64,000 nucleotides of DNA, taken from the NCBI GenBank assembly GCA_026770705.1, contig JANJGN010000042.1:124001-188000 (forward strand), given 5' to 3'. The notes under the pieces are model-generated. The model had not been told where the DNA came from. It was given only the letters and a program-made list of their open reading frames with translations, and did not search any database. Positions 21,160 to 33,065 of the stretch are shown piece by piece. The DNA is from Isurus oxyrinchus. Its lineage: Eukaryota. The translations under genes were made by a program, and so were the position numbers. Numbering within the stretch: position 1 is the stretch's first letter; the number at the start of each line of letters is the position of its first letter.

Positions 21160-23135
21160 GACTGATTTGGAATAGTTGTTAAGTCAAACATGTCTACCGA
21201 CTCCCAATTCCCCTTTAGAAATGGCGAATTGCCACCATTTTGAAAGTATCAAGCGGTTTAATACCTTTTAAAATGCATAAATGCCAAGGCTCGCCAGAAT
21301 TGTACCCTCGGCATAAGAATGACCATGACTTTATAATCCTTTGCAACTTCAGGCACTGAGACAGGGCGACAGGACAGCTAACGTTGTGCCCTTGTTCAAA
21401 ACGCAGAAAGGTATAAGACTGAGTAATTACAGGACACTGAATATAATCTTGGAGCAGGGAATAGTATTGGAAAGAGAACATTCTAAGAGACATTTAGAAT
21501 GACACTGAGTAAGCAAAGCTGGACAGCAAGAATTTGTTAAACGAAGGGCGAGTCTGACTATTATGCATAAATATTTTGAAGGTATAATAAGGAGTGCAGA
21601 TGGAAACAATGCATTCGATGTAGTGTATATGGATTTTAAAATGAGCAGGTTCTACATGGCAGAGCGGTTCTGAAATTAAAAGCCAATGTGATCCAAGGCA
21701 AAGCGGCGAGGTAAATCCAAAATTCGTTCAATGCCAGGAAGCAAACGGTAAATGACACGGGGTGTTTCTGTAAATGGGAGTGGTATCCCCCAGGCCTTAG
21801 TAATAGGACACTTGCCTTTTCTTGCATGTATCAATTACTTGCACATGACTGAAAAGAGCATGATTAAGAAGGCTTTAGATGATACACAAATTGGCTGTGT
21901 GATTAAGAATTGAGCAAAAAGCTGTATACTGCAGGAAATCGACCAGTCAGGTAGACATAAGAATGGCTTAGAGATGATTGCGAGGTAGTGCATTTAAGGA
22001 AAGCTAACAAGATAAAGTAATAAACAGTAAATAAAACATACGTACGAGGAGCAAGAGTTGGCAATTCCGCCCACCGAGCCTGCCCCGCTATTCATTACGA
22101 TCATAGCTGATCTCATTTCGGCCTCAACTCCAATTTCCCATCCTCTCCCTGTAACCTTTCAACCCATTACTAATTAAAAATCTGTCTTTCTCCTCCTTAA
22201 ATTTATTCAGCAACCCGGCATCCAGCGCATTCTGAGATAGTGACTGCCACTGATTCACGAATGATACGACACTGAGAAGTAAAGTGGGACTATCGAATGC
22301 AGATATTCGTAAAGGTGCCTGACAGGTAGATAAATTGATCAAGAAACAGATGGGATTCTTGCCTTTATTCTCCGAGGCATAGAATATACGAGTTGAGACG
22401 TCCTGCTGGAACTGTGTAAAACAATAGTTAGGCCCGAGTTAGAGTGTTCGGTGCAGCCCTGGGCCAGGAACAATATGAAAGATTTGATTGGGCTAGAAAC
22501 GTTACAGCGGAGATTTATGACGACATTGCCTCGACTGCAGGAGGATTGCTATTTGGGAGGATAGGTTAGGTTTGTTTACTTTTGAACAAAGGAAGCTGAG
22601 GTAACACAATGCTGCATAAAAGAGGTTATTCTCTTTGCCTCCATAACTCCTTGCTGTGCCCGCATGCTTTGTGTGATCCGTGTACAAACACACACAGATC
22701 TCTCTGCACCGAAGAATTCTGCAGTCAATAACATGTTGCCTTTCGACTTATCCGGCAAAATTAGTCAAACTCATATTTTTCCAACCTTATATTCCATCAG
22801 CACAATCACTCAGCTTACCAATATGTCATTGTGGCCTCTTAGTGTCCTCCTCAGAACCTAGTTCCTTTTCCAGCTTGGTATCATCAGCAAATCTGGCTAA
22901 AGTACTGTCGACCCCTTCATTCTAGAGTAAATAGGTCACGGCAAATGTTTTCACCCAAAGGATGATGGGAATCTAAAACTCATGATGTGAAAGAGTTGTA
23001 AAAACTTGAAGTGAAACAACCTAAAAGGTTACAGACCAAGAGCTGGAAAGTTGACAAGGCTGATTACTGCTTGTTCGCTGGGACGAATGTCCCTCTTCCG
23101 TATTGTGGATTTCTATGACCCTATGATTCATTGCT
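21160..23135 (+). mobile_element. Old fragmented CR1 LINE (RT to 3' end) interrupted by opposite-strand CR1 pieces (about 22050-22260 and 22600-22925)
   Basis: Remnants cagctaacgttgtgcccttgttcaaa, gatgtagtgtatatggatttt, gatgatacacaaattgg and ttagagtgttcggtgcagccctgg, ending in ttctatgaccctatgatt. Confidence 0.7.
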
Positions 23136-23149
23136 GTAAAATAGGGATT

Positions 23150-25235
23150 TCAGGGTTTTGACCCAGCGACGGTGAAGAAATAACAACATATTTCCAAGCC
23201 AATGTGGTGTTTGGCCTTGAGGGGAACTTATATGTCTTTCCATGGGTCTGTCACACTTGCTCCTCTAGATGTTAGTAGTCAGGGGCTTGCACGGGCTGTC
23301 AAAGAACAGTTGGTGAGTTGCCACCGTGTATTTCGTAGATGGTGCACACTGCTGTATTTGTGCAGTGGTGCTGGAGGGAATGGATTTATAAACGCCGGAT
23401 GGGGTGGCCAATCAGGCGCGATGATTTTTCCTACATGGTGTCTTCCTTCTTCCGAATATAAGAAATAGTATTAGGAGAAGATAACGTGGTTTCTCGGGCC
23501 TGCTCGGCAAGTGTTTTGTTGGAACTTCCCTGATCCAGGCAAGCTGAGATATTCAATTACTTTCCTAAAAATTGCATGGACATTGTGGACAGATTGTGGA
23601 GAAACTTGAGGTGAATCGCTCGCCATACAATGTGCTGCCTCTGACCTTTTCTAGATTCTTCATATATGTTGCTGGTTCAGTTAACTTAATTTACTGCTGT
23701 GGCCCCCACAGTGTTGCTGGTGTTGGATTCTGCGATGCTAATGTCGATGAATGACAACGGGAGACGGTTAGATTCTCTCCTGATGGAGATCGTCACTGCC
23801 TGGCACTTGTAACACGTTATGTCACTTTCCACTCATCAGCCAAAGGTTTAATATTGTCCAAATGTTTTTTTTTCTGCATGGAGGCATGAACTGCTTCAGT
23901 ATCTGAAGCATCGTGAATGATGCTGAAAATTGTGCCAACATTCGTGAACATCGTGACTTCTGACATGATTATGGAAATAAGGTCATTGATGAAGCAACTG
24001 AGGATGGCTGGGCCTAGGACACTTTCCTGAGGAAGTCCGAGAGCGATGCTCTGGTGTGGGGCTTTTGGCCTCCAGCAACAGCAATCATTTTCATTTGTGC
24101 TAGGTATGACTCCAATGAGTTTTCCCCCTGATTGCCATTGACTGCAATGTTGCTAATGCTCCTTGGCGCCACAATGTGTCAACTGCTACCTTGATGTCAA
24201 GGGCATTCACTCTCATATTAGGATTCAGCTGTTTGTCTTTGTTGAAATCAACAACGTGATGTAGTCGGGATCTGAAAGGCCCTTGTGCAGCCTAAACTGA
24301 GCATTGTTGAGCAGCTTGTTGGTGATGAGCTGCTGTTTGATTGCTCCGTCAATGACACCTTCCATCAGGTTGCTGCTGGCTGAGAGTACAATGATTGAGG
24401 GTCAATGGGCCGCATTGGGTTTGTTCAGCAATTTTCCACCATGTTACAGCTTGTTCAGGCTGACGCCCCATTTTTAGATGTTCTTGTTGCTGCATCTGGT
24501 CTACTGCTCTAAATTCATCACTGAACAACCGTTGATCCCCTGGCTTCATCCTAATGGTAGAGTGAGGGTTATACATCCCATGACGTGCATATTGTGGGGG
24601 GATGAGAATGTTGCTCAAGCTAATGGCCTCACTGACGCACGGTTTTAATTGCCAAATATTCTCCAAATCTATCGCATTTAGCACGATGATTATGCCACAC
24701 AACATCGCGGGTGGTGCTCTCAGTCTGAAGATGGGTCTTTGTATCCAAAAGAAAAGTGCGGTGGACACTCTCATCAATACTGACGTGGAGAGATGTATCT
24801 GTGCCAGGTAGAGTAATGAGCGCTGTCTCAAGTAAGTTTTCTCCTTGTGTTCTCTCAACACCTTCCAGGGGCACGGTCTGGTAGATATGTCCTTCGTGAC
24901 TCGGCCCGCTCAGTCAGTATTGGTATCGAGCCATTCTTGCTGATGTGCATTGAAGTTCCATTTCCTTTTCTGCTCTCAGGGTTTCACTAGAATTGTGTTC
25001 AACATGGAGACGCGCTGATTCATTAGTTGAGGTAGGGGAATAACTCGAATTAGAAAGGAGATTTTCCACTGTTGCCTGTTCTGATGCCAGGAGTATTCAT
25101 GACTCCTGGAGTCAATCTTGAGGACCCCCAGGGACACTCCTTCCCGACTAATATCCCGCCATCACTGGTGGGTCAGTCAGGCGTGGGGATATTGGTGGGA
25201 AGGTATTAACATTGAGCATGACTATGTCAGGCGGG
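23150..25235 (-). mobile_element. Decayed LINE of a second CR1-group family (APE plus RT)
   Basis: The minus strand at about 24930-24960 reads NFNAHQQEWL (APE GDFNxH motif), and cccttgacatcaaggtagcagttgac at about 24180-24203 is a degenerate LDIKAAFD RT motif. Related pieces occur at 19620-19830 and 26020-26290. Confidence 0.7.
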
Positions 25236-26020
25236 TGTTTTAGTTTGTAAGGTCTAATACAGGCAGGAATTATACAGTAAATGGCAGAACCCTTAAGTGC
25301 ATCGACAGGCAGAGGGATCTGGGTATACAGGTCCACAGGTCACTGGAAGTGGCAACGCAGGTGGGTAAGGTAGTCAGGAAGGCATATGGCATGCTTGCCT
25401 TCATTGGCAGGGGTATTGAGTATAAAAGCTGGGAAATCATGCTGCAGCTGTATAGAACCTTGGTTAGCCTACACTTGGAACATTGCTTGCAATTCTGGTC
25501 TCCACATTACTGGAAGGATATGGAGGCATTGGAGAGGGTGCAGAGGAGGTTTACCAGGATGCTGCCTGATCTGGAGGTTATTAGGTATGAGGAGAGGTTG
25601 AAGAAACTCTGATTGTTCTGACTGGAGGGACTGAGATTGAGGGGCGGCTTGACAGAAATTTACAAAATTATGAGTGGCATGGACAGAGTAGATAGTCAGA
25701 ATCTTTTTCCCAGGGTGGGAGATTAAATTACTAGGGGACATAGATTTAAGGTGAGAGGAGAAAACTACAGAGATGTGCGGGGCAAGATTTTTATGCAGAG
25801 TGTAGTGAGTGTCTGGAATTCGCTGCTAGAGGAGGTGGTGGAAACAGGTACAATAGTGATGTTTAAGAGGCAGCTTGACAAATACATGAATAGGATGGGA
25901 AGAGAGGGATACGGACCCCAGAAGTACAAAATGTTTTAGTTGACGGGCAATATGATCGGCACAGGCTTGGTGGGCCGAAGGGCCTGTTCCTGTGCTGTAC
26001 TTTTCTTTGTTCTTTGTTGT
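25236..26020 (+). mobile_element. Younger 5'-truncated CR1 LINE inserted in the older LINE
   Basis: KAYGMLAFIGRGIEYKSWEIMLQLYRTLV..HLEHCLQFWSPHY..ALERVQRRFTRMLP, with tail gggccgaagggcctgttcctgtgctgtacttttctttgttctttg. Confidence 0.92.
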
Positions 26021-26292
26021 TCTTCTTGTGTTTCCGCCAGCCTGCGTTCAGTGTTTCTCAGTGTGGGAGATGTCCACAGAAGATCGTTCAGAGAATTTTA
26101 TACAGTTAATTGGACTGCCTGTGTCTTTGCCTGTGCCTCGGTTGATGCCGTCTGGCTTTACTGACTGTGCTCAGGTTGATGATTCTCGTGGCCGTTTAAT
26201 AAAAATGACTGCACACTGAGAATGTTTGGAGGGAGATTCAAAGTTAACCACCTTGCTCTTCATCTGGAGTCCCTTTGGGAAAAAAACATGTA

Positions 26293-26408
26293 AGGTGGTG
26301 GGGGGGGGGGGGGTGTGGGAGGTGGTGGGGGGGGTGGGGGGGGGGTGGGGGGGTGTGGGGGGGGTGGGGGGGGTGGGGGGGGTGGGGGGGGGTGGGGGGG
26401 AGTGGGGA
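26293..26408 (+). repeat. G-rich tract, approximately (G8T)n
   Basis: About 115 nt of G runs separated by single T residues. Confidence 0.9.
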
Positions 26409-26804
26409 TGTATTTCTGAAACGTACCTTTATATGTCAGCTGTGTTTTGATGAGTGTGGGAGATGCACGTTTCCCATTACTGATATTGAGGGCATTTTTA
26501 ATAGTTCAGATGTATAAAATTAACTAAGTTTAAATTCCAAAAAGCTTTGTTGAAATTTGACCTCATATAATATCTGTTTGTGTTACATAAGGCGGTTTCT
26601 CAGTTATTGATGCGCTATATTGTTTATGTTTATATTTCATAGAACTTGTTTTTAATGTACTGGACCATGATTAAGTTTATTTTAACCAGGCTCTGTTTCA
26701 GTTATTACTGCACTGGAGCAACTTACCATTTAAATTATACCAGGCCCTATCTCTGGTTACATTACACTGGACTCTAACTCAGGCACGACCTGGCTGTAGC
26801 TCTG

Positions 26805-27625
26805 CCACAGATTCACAGAATCACAGTGCAGAAGAGGCCCTTCGGCCCATCGAGTCTGCACCGGCACGTGAGAAACACTTGACCTACCTACCTACCTAAT
26901 CCTATTTACCAGCACTTGGCCCATAGCCTTGAGTGTTATGACGTCCCAAGTGCTCATCACTAGCCCAGAGGTCCAGACTCATCTTCTGGGGACATGAATT
27001 CAAATCCCACCACAGCAGCTGGCGGAATTTAAATGCAATTGAGACAAGAGCCGTTCGGAAGCTGGGAATTCTGCAAATACCTGTCCACAAACTACAAGGC
27101 ACATGTCAGGAGTGTGGTGGAATATTCCCCAATTCTCCGGGCAACAAGGGCAGCAGAAGCACAGCAACAACAATGGAAAGTCCCTGTTTCTTCACTATCC
27201 TTGGGTCCAAATCATACAACTCCCTTCCTAGAAGCACTGTGGGTGTCCCTACAGCACGTGGACTGCAGCAGTACAAGAGGTCTGCTCACTAACACCTTCT
27301 CAAGGGCAATTGTGTTTGGCTATTGAATGTTGGTTCAGCTGGAAACGCACAAATCCCATGAATGAATAAAAAAATGGAAATGGAACTGGATCGTTACAAT
27401 TTTCATTGCTATAAACGCATCTGGTTCACTAATGAACATTCGGTGAAGTAAATATGCATCCTTCCCCAGTCTGGCCTAAATGTGACTCCAGGCCCACAGC
27501 ACGTGGTTCACTCTTAACTATCCTCCGACTCTGAAACTGTCTAGCCAGATATTCAGTTCCAGGACAGCGGAGCATGGGGGGAAATTCTGGCCGTGTCAGA
27601 GACGCTCACATCTCCTGGCTGAATA
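26805..27625. mobile_element. Nested repeats: CR1 3' tail (minus, about 26805-26955) and a SINE (plus, about 26957-27625) interrupted by a LINE 3' fragment (about 27045-27370)
   Basis: gaagaggcccttcggcccatcgagtctgcac tail; SINE head ggggacatgaattcaaatcccaccacagcagctggcggaattt; SINE body ctggttcactaatg...tgtgactccaggcccacagc. A reverse copy of the SINE lies at 31340-31685. Confidence 0.6.
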
Positions 27626-30600
27626 GAGAGAAATAAATACTTCAGCCTAGTGAATGATTAAAAACAACATTTGTTAAAGTATTCCTATTGTGTTTCCATG
27701 TATATTGTACATAATTATTCCAGGAACTCTGTTTTATAAAGCATTTGAAGGTCGCAGAGAGGATGAAGAGGAGATTGATCCGAATGTTACTAGACCTTGG
27801 AGATCTTGAATCGTTTTCCTTAGAATAGAGGGTGTTAAGAGGGGCTTTGATCGAGGTATTTAAGACCATGAAAGGTGCTGATACTTAATGACTGGGTCAT
27901 GCCTTCCTTTAAATTACACAGGACTCCGTCTCAGATCGCAGTGCAAAAGACCTAGTCTCAATTCATGTTTTACACTAGGCCCTGTTGGAGTAAGTAATCG
28001 CACTGATGCATACATCTCTTCACATTATACAAGACCATCTCCCTGTTTGTATCATATGAGCCACCAAAAAGGTTATTTAGCATTAAACTGTATATATTAC
28101 GCTAGATGTTGTGTATCTCAGTCTCTCTATCTGTCAACCCATCTAGCTGCGTACCTGTCTGTTTGGCTGTCAGTCTATCTATCTATATTTTGAACCATCC
28201 ATCCAGCAATTTCAGATCATCTATTATCATTAACATTTCTTGATGCTGACGTCTTTTTCGAGTTCTTGTGTGGAAAATGCCTATTTAGATTCCAAAGTGA
28301 GTTTAGCTACGCTCAGAATTCAGTTCGAAAGTGGATTAAATCACATGGAGAATAAAGGACATCTACCCACCATTCTCTCTGTTTGTTGACAAGTGATCAC
28401 TTGTGCGTCACTCGAGTGTGTGATGATCTGTGCAAGAGGCGGTGAAAATGCAACTGTACCTATACCTAACGTGAGCATAATAAATCTGTAATTCTCTCAC
28501 TTGGAATAGAATGTAACACTTTCCACTCTCAATGAAATTCAATTAAAAAAAATTGTTTCTGTTTCCATTGTTTTGTGCTGCACGTTAACTTCACTATTTC
28601 CTCACCAGTTTCCAATACGTTTGCCATGATATAATTCAATGATTACTGGCGTGGGTAAAGTGTTAGCTTAACAGAAACATGGCATAGGGCAGTAATAACT
28701 GAGAAAGGGCCAACTGTAAAATATAAAGAGATATATTATCCAGTGGAATTTTAACAGAAACAATAATATAAAACATAAATGGAGACAGGTTCCAGTGCAG
28801 TAATAACAGAGACAGGATCCAGGGTAATATTAACACATACATGTTCTAGTATAGTAATAACTGAGACGTGGTCGAGTGCGACATATAGAGCCACGGTGTA
28901 TGGTTCACTAATAACTGAAACAGAGCGTTATATAATATAAATAGAGAAATGCTCTAATGTAGTAATAACTGATCTGGGGGCCGGCCTGAAACAGAGGCTT
29001 GATTAGCACAGAGTTAATTGTGTCACAGACTAGTGTAATAAAAATACAAATACCAGATTATGCATCCATAAATTTCACAGGTTTCAGCAAAACTAAAACT
29101 GTGACTTGAACTCAAAGAATAATAATTGAGGCAGGATCTGGTGTAATATAAAGAGAACCAGTTGTTAGCGAAATATTTCTCTTCATCGCCCTTTTACAAA
29201 TCTTCCGATATATACATTTGTTCTGAAGCTATGATCACTGGATATTGACACAATGAACAGAAGGAACTGGTGTTCTCTGCTAATTCTCTTTGAAACCTCT
29301 GATCATCTTGGAAAAAGCATTTAGGTTTCTGCTTAATCTTCTTTATTGCAAGCAGAATGCTGCCAATTTGTCCAATTGATTGTTGTTACTAAAGACCCTG
29401 ATCCTTGTTAACAAACTAGTTACCTTCCTCTGTACACTTTCTGAGACCTCAACACACTTCATAGGATCTGAAAATCATAGATTTGTGCAGCACAGAAATA
29501 GGCCATTGCGCACACCCTAACCATAATGGCCTGAAATGATCTATCAAGTCTAATCCCACTTCCTAGCTTTTGTGCCAGGGCCCTTGGGACTACAGTACTT
29601 CAAGTGAACATCCAAATATATTTTGACATGTGATGAGGGATTCGGTCCAGAACACCATTCCATGCACTGAGTCCGAAATACTATTTGACACTCCTAAGGA
29701 TAGACACGGGACAGTTCAGATGCAGAGTAAAGCTACGTCTACATTGGTAAATTCAGGGGTGAGGCAGAGTAAAGGTCTCTCTAAACTATCCCACCAAACA
29801 CTCCCAGGACATGTATAGCGCGGGATAGACAACAGTTCCTCTACATGATTCGATCGAATGCTCCCAAGAATGGTGCAGCAGTATCTGATGCAGAAAAAAG
29901 ATCCCTCTACAATTTCCCATATACCATTCACAGGAAGGCATAGGAATGTTAATGTGCAGAGGAGGGCTCCCTTTAGACTGTCCCATTAAATACTCCCATG
30001 TTGTTGAGTGAACCAGACACATTTTAGAGTTAAGTTCCTTCTGCGAACAGCCATCTATTTCGTTAAAAGTCAATGAATAGGGGTGAGATTAATCTTTGAT
30101 AAGATATTGACTTCACGTTATGAGTTACAGACGCTGACAGATTAATGAGAGGCCAGACACGCCCGGGATAGGGGAGAAAGGGAGACAGAGCGGGATAGAA
30201 TGCAGGAAACTCCGCAAACACATTTTCAATGCTGCTGTATACCGGATCAAAGGACGCTTCGCCAGTTTTGAACACAAAAAACATCTTTATATTGTTATCC
30301 CATAACTTATAGAAATCTTCCAACTATCAATCATTACTGGAATCCTTTGTGTGATTTGCATTTCTCTCTGTTGTTATTTCCATGTTCTGCTGGTGGGGAA
30401 ACATCTATTGTATTTCCGACGCTCAATATTCTATTCTGAGGCGTCTATTTCTGTGTTTATTTACATAACCGCCTCACTAGTTTCAAAGTGGTGTTCATGG
30501 CAGCAGAATCAGATCAACAGTCACTTATTGATTATGTTCAGCACAAAACAAGTTTATTTTAAGAATATTCACAGATGGTATAAGAATTGAAAACAATTTT

Positions 30601-30859
30601 CAGAAAACCAATTGGTACAGATGTTATTTATTTTTAACAAAAGAAGCCATTAAATTTAAGAAAAAATGTTTCTGGAAATTCTGCTGCTTAAATCAATTAA
30701 GCATTTCTGAGCAGCCTGTTATTCCGCTGAATATCGATTGGTGAAAGGATGAACCCCTTTTACATAAACATGTTTAAATAATGAACAGAGAAATGACCGT
30801 TAATCACATTCTTCTCAGACTTTCTAACACAGCACCACGTATGTTTTGACATGTTCACT

Positions 30860-31110
30860 TTTAGTAAAAACTCGGTGTTTATACAGCACATTGCACCATC
30901 TCAGGAGGTCCAAAATCACATATCTCATTAACCTCATTGATGTACCTTATTTCGAATTACAATCTCTTGTGTCACGTTAGAACTACAGGAGGCAATTTGT
31001 GCACAGGAAGCTCCCACCAACAGAGATGTAATAAAAGCCTAGATCACCTGTTTATTAGTGATGTTAGTTGCGCATTAGGTATTGGTCCAGGATACTCCTG
31101 CGCTGTAAAA
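30860..31110 (-). mobile_element. Deu-domain SINE remnant
   Basis: The reverse complement carries the same body as 15780-16092 (gcaatttgtgcacaggaagctcccac...ttagtgatgttagttg on plus). Confidence 0.55.
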
Positions 31111-31339
31111 TAGTGTCAGCGGAGAATGATGCTGAGTGTTTCCAGATTTTCTGGCCTTACTTTACATTGAGAGCATCCGTAATAGTTTACAAAGCTTTGA
31201 CCGTTGTTTTTATTTGTTTTTTGTTGTGAACGTCGAAAACAAGGCCAGCCTTAACTGTCCTGCGATAAGTACCCTTGAGAAGGTGGCGGGGAGCCGACAC
31301 CTTCAACAGCTGCAGTTTGTGCCGTGCGCCTCTTACTTG

Positions 31340-31685
31340 ACTTTCCAAGAAGTGCTTTGACCCAACTAAATGGCCTTCTGGACCATTCCAAGGGCCGTTA
31401 AGAGTCAACCACGTTGTTGTGGGGCTCCAGCCTCACGTAGGCCAGGCTGGTAAGGGTAAGATTTCCTCCCCGAATGACATTAGTGAACCAGTTGCAACTT
31501 CATGACAATGAGGTTGTTCGATTATTAATGCAATGAGTAATTTTATTCCAGTTTCGGTTTTAGTGAATGAAATGAATGGAAATCCCGCCAGCTGCCGTCG
31601 TGGCGTTTAAATCGTGTCCCTGGAGCATTTATGATCTTCTCTGTATTACCAGCCCAGTTAATTTACCTCGATGCTGCTATTCCCT
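31340..31685 (-). mobile_element. SINE, reverse copy of the family at 26957-27625
   Basis: agagtcaaccacgttgttgtggggctccag...gacattagtgaaccag...gccagctgccgtcgtggcgtttaaatc. Confidence 0.55.
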
Positions 31686-32329
31686 AAGACTGAGATGACA
31701 TTACCATCGCCACATCTGAATGATCACCCACCTGACCATGCTTCAAACCTGCAGTTGTGGCTCTGAATAAACTCAAAATGGAATCGAAACGTTAACTCTG
31801 TTGCTCTCTCCTCAGACCCTGCCAGACCTGCTGAGTCTTTCCAGCACTTTCTGTTTTCAGTTCAGTAGTGGTTACTGTCCATGTATGAGAGCCACTAATG
31901 CAAGGCACTGGACATGTTGCAGTTGCTATTTTGAAATTATAGCATTTGGTTCTATGTATATAAAGTTCAGGAGCAGGCTTCAGTCTTACACACATCAATT
32001 TAGTTGTAAGGGATCCATTGCCTTGTAGCCCGGTGTCTTAGCCTGACTCTGTTGTAACAGTGCACTTTATTTCCATTGGCCCCATATAACAGTGTCAACG
32101 ATTGTTAAATGCTAATTTCGAAGTAACAAGACAGAAGATTTCCTGGAACTTAAGTTTGCACTGCCCTTCACTCTCTGCACAACAAAAAACTGGGATTGCT
32201 CTCCTCATCAACGAGTATAGGTTTATCAGAAATGGTCCAACGTGTGAGGGATGTTTTTGAATATTTAGGGAGAAGCTGTTCCACTGGCAAATGGATCAGT
32301 GATGCTGGGGCTTATGTTAATTCGAAATT

Positions 32330-33065
32330 AATACACTTATTATATTGCACTGTAAGATGTTTCTAATGATATAACACTAAACCCTATCTCTCTGTATATT
32401 ACACTAGGTTATGCATTAATTATAACTGCATTACTCTCTGTCCCTCTCAATATGCCACAAAGCCCTGCATCAATTGTTTCCACACCAGATTTATCCCTGG
32501 TTGACTTACACTCAGTGCTGTGTCAGAGATTATCCCTTTATGCCCCGCTTCAGTTTTATTAAATTGGGCTCAGTATCAATCCTGTTCTGTAGCAGTTGAT
32601 ATTAATCTAGGCCGTTTACCAGTAATCACTACACTAGACCCTGCCGCTGTTCATATGAATACAGACTTTGTATCAGTAATCACTGTAATAAACCCTGCCT
32701 AAGTGGATATTATCCATACCTTGTATCAGTAAACACTGAAAGAGACCCTGTCTTAGTTTATATTAATGCAAACATTGTAGTAGTAATCACTGCAAGAGAC
32801 CCTGTCTCAGTTGATAGTAATCAATACCTTGTATCAGTAATCCCTGTAAAAACCCTGACACACTTTATATCAATATAGAACTTGCATTGGTAATCACTGT
32901 AATAGACCCTGTCTCAGTTTATGTTAATCAATAGCATGTATCAGTAATCTCTGCAATAGAACCAGTCTCAGTTTATATTAATCCATGCCTTGTATCAATA
33001 ATCACTGCAAAATAACCTTTCTCAGTTTATATAAATACAGATATTGTATTGGTAATTTCTGTAAT
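32330..33065. repeat. Degenerate satellite border (diverged 27/54-bp monomers)
   Basis: Units such as gaccctgtctcagtttatgttaatcaatagcatgtatcagtaatctctgcaata become progressively closer to the array consensus. Confidence 0.85.

Noticed and set aside
21215-32702. Numerous short ORFs as host genes
   Set aside because: They fall in decayed LINE/SINE or low-complexity sequence, with no coherent exon structure or recognisable host domain.
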